Shown: positions 27,011 through 41,154 of the stretch, piece by piece
Layout: each line of letters begins with the position of its first letter
How positions within the stretch are numbered: position 1 is the first letter of the stretch
Source: the human T2T-CHM13v2.0 reference genome, Homo sapiens
Length of the DNA: 64,000 nucleotides
NCBI RefSeq assembly: GCF_009914755.1
Contig: NC_060947.1
Reading direction: 5' to 3' (one strand)
Notes under the pieces: model-generated
Told to the model about the DNA's origin: nothing
Seen by the model: the letters and a program-made list of their open reading frames with translations, nothing else
Databases searched by the model: none
Translations under genes and position numbers: made by a program

Positions 27011-29000
27011 CTCCTAACTAGTCATCTCCTGAAAGAAGTTATTTTGTCTTATTACATCTTTTTACAAACCACCCAGCTCATACCCCACCTCTAAACCTTT
27101 CCTCTGTTTTACACTCAAGACCTCTTGGCCAGGGCTTGTGAATCAAGGAGGGCTATGGCATGATTTGTTCCTTATATCCAATTTCAGAGCAATATTTCAA
27201 ATACTGGAAGCTTCTGGAAGATTGACTTCTTAATAAATAAACATTAGTGAAAATTAATTTGGAATACTCAGTGTTAATTTATAATTGGAGGGGTGGTGGA
27301 GGGAGGTATAACTATTGTTAATTCCAGTGTGCACAAAAGATTATAATGCATGCTATAAAAGAGGTACAACTGAAGCACTAGGGGACCCAAAGGAGGTAGT
27401 GATTTTTTATGGCTGGGGAGATCAGCAAAGACTACTTGAATGTCTAAAATAACAACAAAAGAAGATATTCAGAGGGTGGCAGTGTAGTGAGGTATTTTCA
27501 AAGAGCTCAAGGAACGACATAGAGGGTGAATGGTTACAGGATATGTGACAAACTAGTCAGGAGTTTGTGACAAGAGCACAGAGTTCGTTGTGATAAGGAA
27601 AAGGGGGTATAGTTTGTGGTGTGGAACAAAGTTAGTCAAAAACCTCAAAGTTGAGAACTGATATTTCATCCACTGTTGGTGGAAGTAGCTGACATTCCAG
27701 TTCCCCTAACAATGTAGTGTTGGTGTTACCAAGCAGAGAGCTGATCTTCCATGCTTCATCTGACAGAAAACAGGCAGTGTTTTTATTCCCCTGGAAGACA
27801 AATACTGGTGATGCTGAACAAAGAGCTGATCTACTACCTCTCTGGCAGAAGCAAATGGTACTCTGATTCCCCTGCCAGGATAGTGTCAGCAAGGTCAAAT
27901 GGTAAGTTGCTCCACCACATTCATCTGGTAGTGTGAGGTAGTGCTAGTAATTGTTATGATACACTCACACCCCATATAAACCTGACAGCAATGAGATTGA
28001 ATACAGTAGAGCAAGTCAGGGCTAGTCAGCACTCTGGTTCCCTATACCCCTAATGTCAGTGAAAACCAGTGAGTAGCTGACCTTCCATCCTCATCCACAG
28101 TCAGTGAGACAGAACAAAGGGAAACATGATGGGACTAGATGGTACTCAACTTTCCCTAAACCTTTTGTGTCAATGGGTCCCAGAGTTCAGATAAGCCCCC
28201 ACTCCCACTTTGAGGTCATAAGATGGTATGAACCTGTAACCCATTATCACCACGAAGGTGTCAGCAAATTTGGGATGGGAGCTGAACTTCTGTACTGCCC
28301 ATGTTCAATGAGGCAGTGTGAGTTAGTGCTGCATTTTTTCAAAGGTTGTGTCAGGGGAACCTAACAGAAGAAGCTGAACATATATACAAAAGCAGCCCTT
28401 CAGCCACAAAACAATAGGGGGGCTCTCCAATAAAAAGTTTACAGAGAACACAGAGTCTCATGATATAAAATTAAAAAGTGACTAAGATGCAATTAAAAAA
28501 AAATCATACAAGGAACAAGGGAAATCACAACTTAAAAGAGACAAGACAATTAACAGGTGCCCAAAACAGATAAAAAATCGATGTTGGAAATATTTGAAAT
28601 AGATTTTAAAGCAGCCATCATTAAAAAAAGTGATTCAATAAGCCCAGGCATTGATGAATGTCTTTAAGTATCAAGAGCATTCAGGGAAATATGACCTCAC
28701 TGAACTAACTAAAGAAGGTGCCAGTAACCAACCCTAGAAAGATGGATTTGTGTGACCTCTCAGAGAATTCAAAATAGCTGTTTCAAAGAAGCTCAGTGAA
28801 CTTCACTGAGAAGCAATTAAGAAATTTATAAGAGAAATATAACAAAGAGATTGAAATAATAAAAAATCAAACAAATCATAGAGGTGAAAAATATAATGGA
28901 TGGAATTACAAATGCATTATGGTATTACAACAGTAGATTTGATCAAGCAGAAGAAATAATCAGTGAGCTCAAATACAAACTATTTAAAAATATACAATCA

Positions 29001-29398
<398 letters not shown>

Positions 29399-31277
29399 TT
29401 ATTAAACCTATGGGATAGCCTCATAAGACCAAATGTAAGAGCCATTGGCTTTAAAGAGGGCATAGAAAAAGAGAAAGGGGTAGAAAGACTATTCAAGAAA
29501 ATAATAATAATAAACATTCCAAATGTAGGAAAAGACACAAATATCCAGGTATAGGAAGATCAAAGGTCACCAAGCAGATTCAACCTACTACTGCTACTGT
29601 AAGGCATATTATAATCAGATACTTAAAAGACAGGACAAAGATAAGATTATAGAAATGGGGAAAAAAAGCAAATAACCTATAAAGGACCTCTGATACATCT
29701 AGCTGCAGGTTTCTCAACAGAAACCTTTCAGGCCAGGAGGGAGTGGGATGACATCCAAAGTGCTAAAGGAAAAAAACCTGCCAGCTAAGAATACTGTACT
29801 TAGCAAAGAATCCCTTAAAAAGGACGGAGAGATAAAGACTTTCTCACACTAACAAAAGCTGAAGAAATTCATCGCCACCTGACCTGTCCTACAAGATGTG
29901 CTGTAGTTCTTTAATCTTTAAAAAGGACATTGATACACAACAACAACAATAAAAAACATTTGAAGGTTAAAAAAAATCATTTGTAAATGTAAGTACACAG
30001 ACAAATTCAGCATACTCTAATGCTGTAATTGTAGTGTATAAACCACTCATACCTGTAGAATGAAGAAAAAAGACAAATCTATTAAAAATAATAACAACTA
30101 CAACAATTTGGTTAAAAAATAGGCAAAATTAGAAGATGTAAGGTGAGATGACAAAAAGTAAAAATGAGGGGTGGATGGATTTAAAGTTTAGAGTTTTTTA
30201 GTTTATTTTTCCTTATTTTCTTTGTGATCAAAATTAAGTTGTCATCAGTTTAAAATAATTTGTGATAAGATTTTTTGTAAGCCTAATGGTAACCACAAAG
30301 CAAAAACCTGTAGTAGATACACAAAAAATAGAAAGCCAGGAATTAAAACGTGCTACCAAAGCAAGTCAACCACAAAGGAGGACAACAAGAAAGGAAGCGA
30401 GGAATTACAAAACAACCAGAAAACAAGTAACAAAATGGAAGTAGTGAGTCCACTAGTAGCATGGAATATAAATGGACTAAATTATCTAATTAAAAGACAC
30501 AGAGTGGTTGAATAAATATTTAAAAACTTAACTATATGCTGCCTACAAGAAACTCCCTTCACCTATAATGACACACATAGACTGAAAGGGAAGGTACGGA
30601 AAAAGATATTTCATGCAGATGGAAACCAAAAATGATAGATGTTAAATCAAAACAGTAAGAAAAGATAGAGAAGGCCATTATATAATGATAAAGGGGTCAA
30701 TAGAGCAGGAGGATATGAAAACTGTAAACATACATGGCCCAACAATGGAACTCCTGGATACATAAAGCAAGCATTAATGGTCCTAGGAGAGATAGAATGT
30801 GATGTGATAATATTAGGGTGCCTCAATATACACTTTCAGCAATCAACAGATTATCCAGATAGAGAATCAACAAAGAGATATTGAAGTCAAAGTGCACTCT
30901 AGACCAAATGGTCCTAACAGATTTTTTTTTTAAATTTCACCCAACAGCTGCAGAATACACATTCTTCTCAACAGCACAATAGAACATTCTCCGTGAGAAA
31001 CTATATGTTAGGCCAAAAAACAAGTGTAATTTTTTTATTGAAATCATTTCAAGTATTTTTTTCTGACCATAATAGAATAAAACTATAAATAAATAACAGG
31101 AGAAACACTGAAAACCTTATAAATATATAGAATTAAACAAAATGTTTATAAACAACCAATGAGTCAATGAAGAAATGTAAACGGAAATTTGAAAATTCAT
31201 TGCAAATGAAAATAGAAGCACAACACAGTGAATCATATGGGATACAACAAAAGTGGCTCTAAAATGGAAGTATATAC

Positions 31278-31753
31278 TGTGGGGTCCAACCTGCAGACCC
31301 TGACTCAGCAACAGATGAGAGATGTACACTGACACAGATATTTTGCCTGTCAGTGTGGCTAAGGGGCTTCTGCTCCTAAAGCTGCAGCATCAGCCCAATA
31401 AGCCTCAAAGTTCGCATTTCTTTAATACAGGTTAAATGACAAAGGTCTCAAGTAAACACCACTAGAGGGTAATTAACATTGCCAACCCCCTGAGTAGAGA
31501 GCAATCATGCACCCGTGGGTAATCGAAGGTTGGTCTTAGGACCACATGAGTAAACATGCTATTTAGATAAACTCCCCCACATTCCCTTGTTATTTGCTCT
31601 TTTGCTATCAACTCAAGGTAAAGAGGATTAGGCTGCTTTCAGCCACATATTTTACTGAAGCTACGCAAATCTCCAGCCTTCCAAGAAAGTTTGCTTCTCT
31701 TTTCTATAATTTCCTCTTACAATTTTTCCCACCACCCTGACTGAACTCCTACA
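31278..31753 (-). repeat. 3' LTR (LTR22-type)
   Basis: The minus strand starts TGTAGGAGTTCAGTCAGGGTGGTGGG directly after the PPT and is homologous to 37417-37897. Confidence 0.9.
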
Positions 31754-33690
31754 TCTCCCCCTTTTCTGTTTTTTGCATTAGGCTTTATTAATTGAAGAGT
31801 GCAGATGTGTGCAGCAACAGGTGTGTCAGGCATGGTGGTTACTGCTCTTATTCTGGCTTTGCATCCTAGAATTAGCAAATAACATAAGACAAACATGAGT
31901 ATAATCAGCAACATTCTTTTCCAATCAAGGAGTGACCCCCAGGACAGGGGTCTATCCAGGAGAGCTTATCTTGCACACCCTTCCATATGGCTGTTTGTTG
32001 GATGTGTAGATCTATGGTGTGAAGGGATTCTAAAATTTTAGTTTTAAGTTGCTTTACATCTGCTGTTAAATTGTCATGAAAGTTTCCCCAGAGGTGTTGT
32101 TTCACCTCATCTCAACTATTTGTTGATTGATTCCATGGAAGAGAAGTGACACAGATATGTTTATGCCTCTAGTTGCAGTTTAATTGCTGTAGGAATGCTA
32201 GCGCATCTTTTCGCTCCCTGACATATTCCAAGGCAGCCTTGAGGGCTTACAGACATGCTGCAAGAGAAGTTCATTCGACACATTTTTGGCCAAATTATCT
32301 ACAAAAGCAGCTGGTTGTACTGATTCAGTAATAAGTGCTACAGCCACACTAGCAGTTGCTAGGATGGCTATGGCTGAGACTATAAAGGCTATAAGTATGC
32401 CTATGAATCTTTTGGGTCTGACCTGGGACAGGGCTTGTTCTAAGGTGGCAAGGGCAGAGGAACCTTGCCAATCGCGTGTCAAATTGACTGGTAGGAATGC
32501 CTCAGATTGTCTCCTCAATATCATGACACTGGTAATATTTCAATTAGATATATTGTAATTAGTGATACATGAGGCAAACCAAGCCTGTCTCTGCACCCGG
32601 GTCACAAACATGGAACTTGGAGGTGTAATAGAAATATTGGTTCCCATAAGGAAATCATATGGATGGGTAGTGCAAATCAGGCACAGATCAGTGTTATTAT
32701 GAATAAAGGCTATAGTATAGTTGTTACTGGAATTATGATATATTCCATGCCAGGTGTCAAGGGAGGTGCTAAGATGTCCCAAGTGCCATAAAGTGTCTTG
32801 GGGTGGCATGGACTTTACTTGAGGTCTAGGATATACCATGCCCTGATCAGCCCAAATCATAGGGGAATGGGACAAGGCTATGATACTCTTATTGATGCCA
32901 TGATGGATGAGGATATCAGTAAGGCTGCCCTGCAAATGGCCGTAGGGGTTCCAGTCTAAGATGTTATAATTGCCTAACTTGAGGCTACGGGCCTCTTCCC
33001 CATGACAGACCTCCCAGCTAAAGTGGAATCCATTACTTTCCCAGCTTTGTTCTTGAGCACAGGAAGGAATGTTTGGGAAAGTGGCATTGATTGCATTGCC
33101 CGGTTTGAGGCTACCTGCAGCTAAGGCTGTTAATGCATTTCTTTTGCCACGATGTAGCCATAATTGTGTTTGGGCAGGTACACAGTTAAGAGTTAGAACT
33201 TTTATAACTTACACACAGTGGGAGGATAGCAGAGTGATATGTAGTGTTACCTGGCACCTTAGTCCAATGTGTGTCATTAATGAGGAACCCCACTGGGGGC
33301 AAATCTATCCTTCCTGGCCAAGCAGTTACATTATTAAAGGCTGGGAAGGGGTGTCTGCCCAGGTGACAAGGTGAAAGAAAGGCGGATCTAAGATATCATC
33401 CCAATAGTGTGTAGCAGGTACAGGTTGCAGACAAAGAGCATAAAAAGGATCAATGCCCTATGCGAGTTGCAATGTACAACAGAGAGCATAGCAAGGAACA
33501 AATTATCTGCAGTAAATGTTGTCTTCATCCAGAGCAGGATTCATTAAGCCTCCTGAGTTGTCTTCTTCAGCATCCCCCAGGTAACATCCGGGGCTTGTGT
33601 GGTCCGAGGAAGCCACATCATCCAGGGCTGTGGGTCCTGTAGGGTTAAATCCTTCATTTCTGGTATCAGGTTGGGTCCTAGCCAAGCAAT
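31717..33690 (-). pseudogene. HML env remnant (SU/TM)
   Basis: Furin site plus fusion peptide RPKR|FIGILIAFIVSAIAILATASVA, and a hydrophobic TM MLLIILMFVLCYLLILGC. Frameshifted. Confidence 0.85.
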
Positions 33691-33699
33691 GATATGGCT

Positions 33700-36225
33700 T
33701 GATGTGTCATGCTGGAATCCAAAGAGGACCTGAGGGGGTGTGAACATGAGCATATCCTCTTCCCCATGTTAACAATTCATTCGGAACACACCATACATTA
33801 CTGTTTACATATTTCCATAAAAGTGCAGGTTTTATGTCTTGAGAGGTTTTAGCAAAGTGCTTGTCTACAGCTGGTTGAAATTTGTCATCTAAACTTTAAA
33901 AATTAAGGGTAATAAGGCTTGTGGTATTAGTGTTGCAGGGTCCTTACTCATACTCCCCCTTTTTTGTTTTTTGAGCATATTTTTAAGAGTGGAATGGGCA
34001 CATTTTACTATGGCCTGTCCTTGGGGTTATATGGGTTGCCTGTGGAGTGTTGGATGTTCCATGTGTGACAAAATTGTTGAAACTGTGAGCTGGCATAAGC
34101 TGGACCATTATCAGTTTTAATTTTTGTGGGCCACCCCATAAATGCAAAAGTTAAAAGAAGATGTTTAATGACATATCGAGTGGACTCTCTAGGAACAGCA
34201 TGTGCACTATCAACAGATACATGTACATATCTTAGTTTTCCAAATCAGGGATGTGTGTAACATCTGTTTGCCATAACTGATTAGGTTCCAGTCCTCTAGC
34301 ATTAACACCTGTTGAAGGAGGGGACATGCCTGTGAGCTAGCAATCTCAGATTGTAGAATAATTTGCATTGTAGAATAATTTGTTTAGCTAGACTCTGGGT
34401 AAGTTGAAATTGTTTAGATAAGTTTCTCCAATTTTGGTGGAAAAGTTGATGCATTTGAGTGGCTTGGTCAAGCAATGATGTCATAACCTGAAGTTCTGCT
34501 TGATCATTGCTGTAAGCCAATGGGCCAGGCAGTGAGCTGTGGGCTCGAATGTGTGTAATAAAAATAGGATGTGTACATTGATCTAGCAATTGCTGAAGTT
34601 GGAGAAAAAGAGCACACAGGGTGGGATCCAGTGTGGACTTAATTAGGGCTGCTTCAAGGTTCTGCAGTAAATAAACAGGGTAAGCCGAGTCACTAACAAT
34701 ATTGAAGGGCTGAGCGAAAAAAGTTTCCAAAGCCAATATTAAGGCCCCAACCTCAGCTCTCTGAGTGCTAGTAAACCCAGATCAAGTGAGGGAATTACAT
34801 GGTCTCCACCAAACGGCTGCTTTTCCATGTTTACCCAAACCATCAGTAAACAGTGTTTAAGCATTAGGTATGGGGGAATGAACTATTTTTGTAGGCAACA
34901 CCATTGAAGTACGAGATAAGAACTGAAGCAGTTTGTCAGCAGGGAGGGTATGCTCTAAATGGCCTGTGTAATCAGAGAGTGCTATCTGAAGATCTAAAGA
35001 GAGGGGCAATACTGCTTCAAATTGCTTTTTACTCAAAGGAATCCTGATGATATCAGGGTCACAATCTTGCAACTGATTCCATTGTTTGTGGCCTGAATAT
35101 ATGACTTTACTAAGTAGCTGGATATAGGGAGATTGTGTTTTAGTCCCAGTATGTGAGCAATAAACCCATTCTAGAAAGTGTAGCCCTGGGGTCATCTGTC
35201 CTATTAATCCTGTAGGGGAGTGTTTAGTGGGAAAGATAAACAACTGGATCGAATAGCCTGGGTTTATGTGATGTAGCTGCCTCTGAGAGATGGCTTGTTC
35301 TATTTCTTCAATCTCTCTTTTGGCTATAGGAGTTAAACACCTGGGAGAATCCAGGGCTGAATTGCCCTTTAAGATGGAAAACAGATTTTGCAATTTATCC
35401 GTAGTAATGCGCAAGGCACAGCAAAGCCAGTTAATATTGCCTAGTAATTTCTGATAATCATTTAAGCTATGTAAGTTGCTAGTATTTAATTTAACCTTTT
35501 GAGGTTTTACTGACTGAGAAGTCAGCATGTACCCAAGATATTTCCAAGGAGAGGACATTTGTACTTTTTTAGATGCTATGATTAAACCTCTTAACTGTGT
35601 ATTCTTTATGACAGAGATATATACATTTAAAAGCATTGGCTCCATTGGGGCTGCTAGTAAAATATTATCCATAAAAGGAATAACCTTGCAGTCAGGAAAC
35701 TTTGTCCTACTAGGGAGCAAAGCTTGATTTACATGATACTGACACATGGTAGGTGTGTTTAGCATTCCTTGAGGAAGCACTTTCCAATGAAATCAGCAAT
35801 TTCAAAAGCTGGCCTTTTATTATTGATAGTTGCTATTGTAAACACAAATTTTTCTCTGTCCTTCTCTGCTAGATGAATGGTATAAAAACAATCTTTAAGT
35901 CAACAACGATTATAGGCCAATCTTCAGGAATTGCCACAGGGGAGGGGAGGACCTGTTGAAGAGACCCCATAGGTTGCAAATTAGCATTAATAGCAGTTAA
36001 GTAGTGCAAAAGTCTCCATTTACCAGACTTTTTGGGAATGACGAAAATGGGCGAATTCCAAAGGCTGTTTGATGGTTCTATATGGCCAGCTTTCAATTGC
36101 TCCTCAACTAATTCATGGGCTCTCTGTAATTTCTCTCCCTTCAGAGGTTACTGTTTTACTTAAATTGGATTTGGAAAGAGTCACGTTAGGGGTAAGTTTG
36201 GAGTAACAACAGTGGTCATTATCAG
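33700..36225 (-). pseudogene. HML pol remnant (RT, RNase H, integrase)
   Basis: [43 protein letters not shown] degenerated to FMDN, NIVSDSAY and HIRAHSSLPGPL. Confidence 0.9.
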
Positions 36226-36659
36226 AAAAAGGTCTTTCAAATTCTTAATTTTTACTTTAATCTTAGCAGAGAATTATAATCTGGGATGTCGCTTGTATAC
36301 AAGGAACACATGAAATTTTGCCATGGGCTGCGACTGGAGCCAGAGGGCAACGATCCCGGGGTGGCACCACATTGCACTCACCTAGGCACCACTTTTGGTC
36401 TGCACCACTTTTTGTTTGTGCCACTCCCTTCCCCCGTCCCCCGTGGCTGCTAACGGCCAGGTAGTCTGTCCCTCACACTCCTCCTGCCTGTCCTTAGCAG
36501 GCTAGCTCCCTCTCTCTAGCGTGCGCCTCCTCTCCTCCCTTAGCAGGCTAGCTGGGCCTGGCTCCCCAGTACACTGCAGGCCAAGTTCTCAGGAGCTCTT
36601 GCCAGCTCCAGGTCTGCGAGCTTCCCTGCTGCCGAGCCTTTCTATCTACCGCCTGCTTG

Positions 36660-37261
36660 GCCATACAGCTCCAGCCTCTAATGCCTTTTCTTATCTTTTT
36701 ATAAGCATTAAAAGAAATGTGTTTATATACCTGATTGCCTTGTTGATCTTGCATTACCAGGCAGGCTAAGAGCTCCCCTTCTAATACAGCTTGCTTAAGA
36801 CAGGTTCCCACAGCTGTAATGTATCCCTTGTTTTTTTCCTATTCATTGGAGGAGGGGGCTCAGGAAAAACCTCCGTTTTCTCTTTGTTGTTTTTACCCCA
36901 GTGATAGCGGGGCTGAGGGACAGGGAGGTAGGTGGTAAGGTAGGTGATGGTTCTTCCTCCTTCCCCTTTTTTGGCTCTTCTGTGCATAATGGGACCAAAG
37001 TCACCCTTACTGGAGCTCACAATGTTAGAGATGATACTGGGATCCATTGCCCTTGCACATGATGTTGTTTAAGATTTCTCCCCACTTTTTCTCAAAGCTC
37101 TACATCTAGTGGACCTTCTTCTGGGAATCATGGGTTATGGGATACCACAGTTTGCATGGGTCCCTTAATTGAGCCTGTGAAACCAAGGCTCCACTAGCTT
37201 TAAGCAGCTGTGTCAATACTTTTATATACTGTTTCTATTGAGCTGATAACTGTTGACTCAT
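36660..37261 (-). pseudogene. HML gag 5' remnant (MA region; CA/NC/pro apparently missing)
   Basis: ATG at 37261 followed by degenerate matrix-like sequence and a PEPPPP proline-rich stretch. Only ~1 kb separates the gag start from pol. Confidence 0.65.
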
Positions 37262-37396
37262 GATGAAACCTTAGCCTGAACAATTCCCCCCGGAACTTGG
37301 AAATCCCAAGTGTGCACCAATGACTTACTGACTCACTAACTACTCAGTCCTTTTCACCTTCATTTTCGAGGGGTCTGTCACAATCCTTCACAGCAT

Positions 37397-37414
37397 TCCT
37401 CATGCAGGGTACCA
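37397..37414 (-). other. Primer-binding site complementary to tRNA-Met
   Basis: TGGTACCCTGCATGAGGA lies 2 nt after the 5' LTR and is a 14/18 match to TGGTGCCCCGTGTGAGGA (tRNA-Met 3' complement, recalled). Confidence 0.7.
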
Positions 37415-37416
37415 CC

Positions 37417-37897
37417 TGTGGGGGCCGGCCTGCAGACCCTGACCCAGCGGATGGATGAGAGACATACAGTGATACAGATATTTTCCCTGTCAATGCAGCT
37501 AAGGGGCTTCTGTTCCTGAATCTGCAGCATCAGCCAGATAACCCAGCAAAGTTTGCACTTATTTAGTACAGATTAAATGACAAAGGTCTCTAGGAAACAC
37601 CACTAGAAGTTAATTAACATTGCAGACCCCCCAAGTAGACAGCAATCATGCACCTGTGGATAATCAAAGGTTGGTCTTAGGACCGCAAGAGTAAACAAGC
37701 TATTTAAGATAAAAACTCCCCCACATTCCCTTATTATTTGATCTTTTGCTATTAACTCAAGGTAAAGACGATTAGGCTGCTTTCAGCCAAATATTTTACT
37801 GAAGCTATGCAACCTCCCAGCCTTCCAGGAAGGTTTGCTTCTCTTTTCTATAATTTTCTCTTACAATTTTTCCCACCACTCTGACTGAACTCCTACA
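37417..37897 (-). repeat. 5' LTR (LTR22-type)
   Basis: Direct repeat of 31278-31753, followed by the PBS. Confidence 0.9.
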
Positions 37898-39079
37898 ATA
37901 TTCAAACAAATGCCTACAGAAAATGAGCAAAAAGATGTCAAACAATCCAATGTTATACCTCAAGGAAATAGAAAAACAAGAAAAATCTAAACCAAAAACA
38001 AGTAGAACAAAATAAACAACAAATATCACCACAGAAATAAATAAAATAGAGACAAAAATATACAAAAGATGAACAAAACAAAGAGCTGACTTTTTAAGAC
38101 AAACAGAATCAACAAACCTTTCAATAGACTAAGAAAAAAAGAAAGAAATCCCAGTCAGAAATGTAAAGGAAGACATTATAACTGATAGCACAGAAATAGG
38201 ATAAGTCACAACTATGAACTATGACAAAAAATTGAAAAACATAGAAGAAATAGATACATTCCAGGACACAGGCACCTTACCAAGATTGAATCTTGAAGAA
38301 ATAAAAGTTCTGAGAGGAACAATAATGAATAAGACAATAGCAGCAGCAATAAAAAGTTTCCCATCAAGGAAAAGCCCAGGACATGATGGCTTCATTGCTG
38401 AATTCTACCAAACATTTAAAGAAGAACTACCAGCAATCCTACTCAAAGAATTTTCTTTTAATGAAGAGAAGGGAATACTTCTAAATTAATTCTATGAGGC
38501 CAGCATTACCCTGATTCCTAAACCATACAAGTACAATAAAGAAAGGAAACTTTAGGCCAGTATTCCTGATGAAGACAGATGCAAAAATCTTCAAGAAAAC
38601 ACTAGCAAACCAAACACAACTACACATTAAAAAAATATTCAACATAATCAAATAGAATTTCATCTAAGGCATGCAAGGATGGTTCAACATATGCAAATCA
38701 ATAAACATAATATATATTAACAGAATAGAGGACAAAACCATATGCTCTTTCAGGAAATGCTGAAAAAGCATTTGGTAAAAAAGCATTTTATCTACTTCCA
38801 TTTATGATAAAAACTCAAGAAATTGTGTATAGAAGGAAGGCACTTCAACAAAATAAAGAACATATATGAAAAACCTACAGGTAACATTACACTGAATGAG
38901 AACAAGTTGAATGGGAACAAGTCTCTCTAAGAACTGGAACAAGGATGTCTACTTTCACTAATTTTATTCAACATAGTACTAGAAGTTCTAGCTAAAGCAA
39001 TTAGACAAGTGAAATAAATTAAGGGCACTGAAATTTGGGAAAAGGATGTGTTTTTTTTCAGCTTCCAGAAGACATGTTC

Positions 39080-39090
39080 ATATGTGTGTG

Positions 39091-39135
<45 letters not shown>

Positions 39136-39158
39136 CAGAGAGAGAGAGAGAGAGAGAG
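39080..39158. repeat. (TG/TA)n(GA)n compound microsatellite
   Basis: Direct reading of the sequence. Confidence 0.9.
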
Positions 39159-39739
39159 AATACCTTGTATATGCCATCAAAAATTGTTAGAATAAATGAT
39201 TTAGTAAACTTGCAGGATACAAGGTCAACATTTAAAAATCAGTAGTGTCTCTATATGTCTATAGCAAACTGTCTGAAAAAGGAATCAAAAAAGCAATTCT
39301 CTTGACAAAAGTTACAAAAAATATACCTAGGAATAAATTTAACCAAGGAGATAAAAGTTATCTACAATGAAAAATATAAAATATTGATGGAAAATTTTGA
39401 AGAGAATGTAAATAAATGGAAAGATATTTCCTATTTATGAATTGGAAAAATTCATGTTAAAGTCTTTGTGTTACCCATAAGAATCTACAGATTTGATGGA
39501 ATCCCGATCAAAATACCAATGGCATTTTTTATAGAAATAGACAAAACAGACACAGATACTTCAAAATAGATATAGATAAAATAAAAATAGATACTTCAGA
39601 TACTTTGGCTATCGAGGGTCTCTTGGAAATGCAAAAAAAAAAAAAAAAAAAAAAAACCCTAGATAGCTGAAGCTATCTTGATAAAAAAATAACTAACCTA
39701 GAGGCAACACACTATTAGACTTTAAAATATACCACAAAG

Positions 39740-40063
<324 letters not shown>

Positions 40064-40620
40064 TAAAATATACCACAAAGCTATAGTAACTATAACAATA
40101 TGTAACTGGCATAAAAACACATAGACAAATTGAACAGAATGTAGAACCCAGAAATAAATTGATGCATTTACAAACAATTTATAACCAAGCCACCAAGAAA
40201 GCACATTGAGGAAAATAAACTTTTTAATAAGTCATGCTGTAACAATTATACATCCACATGCAAAAGGACGAGACTATACACTGTTTCTCACAACATCAAA
40301 TTATCAACTCTAAATAAATTAAAGACTTAAATATAAGTCCTTCAGCTATGAAACTACTGGAAGAAAGCATAGGGGAAGTGCTTCATGAAATTGCACTGGG
40401 CAAAGAGTTTTTGAATAAGACCTAAAAAGTGTGGGTAAGAAAAACAAAAATAGGGAAATGGTATTTCAGTAAACCAGAAAGCATCTGAACTGCAAAGGAA
40501 ATGGGGTAAAGAGACAACCTACATAATGGTAGCAGGTATTTGCAAACTATGCATCTGACAAGGGGTTAATATCCAGAATATATAAGAAACTAAAACAACT
40601 CAATAGCAGTTTAAAAAAGA

Positions 40621-40668
40621 AAACACAAACACATACACACACACACACACACACATGCACACACACAG
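40621..40668. repeat. (CA)n microsatellite
   Basis: Direct reading of the sequence. Confidence 0.9.
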
Positions 40669-40890
40669 AGACACAACAAAACAATCCAATTAATAAATGT
40701 GCAGGTTGGAGCCAAGATGGCCGAATAGGAACAGCTCCAGTCTACAGCTCCCAGCATGAGCCACACAGAAGACGGGTGATTTCTGCATTTGCAACTGAGG
40801 TACAGGGTTCATCTCACTGGGGAGTGTCGGAAAGTGGGTGCAGGACAGTGGGAACAGTGCACCGTGCATGAGCCGAAGCAGGGCGAGGCA

Positions 40891-41154
40891 TCATCTCACC
40901 GAGGAAGCACAAGGAGTCAGGGAATTCCCTTTCCTAGTCAAAGAAAGGGGTGACAGATGGCACCTGGAAAATCGGGTCACTCCCACCCTAATACTGTGCT
41001 TTTCCAATGGTCTTAGCAAATGGCACACCAGGAGATTACATCCCGTGCCTGGCTCAGAGGGTCCTATGTCCACAGAGCCTCTCTCATTGCTAGCACAGCA
41101 GTCTGAGATCAAACTGCAAGGCAGCAGCGAGGCTGGGGGAGGGGCACCCGCCAT
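40891..41154 (-). CDS. L1 ORF0 (antisense 5'-UTR ORF), open, 87 aa
   Basis: MAGAPPPASLLPCSLISDCCASNERGSV..GPSEPG..IRVGVTRFSRC matches primate L1 ORF0. Expression is unknown. Confidence 0.6.
   Translation of the reverse strand: MAGAPPPASLLPCSLISDCCASNERGSVDIGPSEPGTGCNLLVCHLLRPLEKHSIRVGVTRFSRCHLSPLSLTRKGNSLTPCASSVR

Larger units (their letters stand above)
31278..37897 (-). mobile_element. HERV-K (HML-5 / HERVK22, LTR22) provirus, internally deleted
   Basis: Two ~480-bp direct LTRs with TG...CA ends, 6-bp TSD atatac/atattc, tRNA-Met-like PBS, PPT aaaaggggga(g), and betaretroviral gag/pol/env remnants. Confidence 0.9.

Noticed and set aside
27640-28640. GC-balanced stretch as a possible exon or pseudogene
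   Set aside because: No coherent ORF. It runs into L1M ORF1-like sequence, so it is probably an old L1 5' region, but I cannot assign it confidently.
34857-35780. 307-aa RT ORF as a functional reverse transcriptase
   Set aside because: The catalytic YMDD is mutated to FMDN, and the N-terminal RT part is in another frame.
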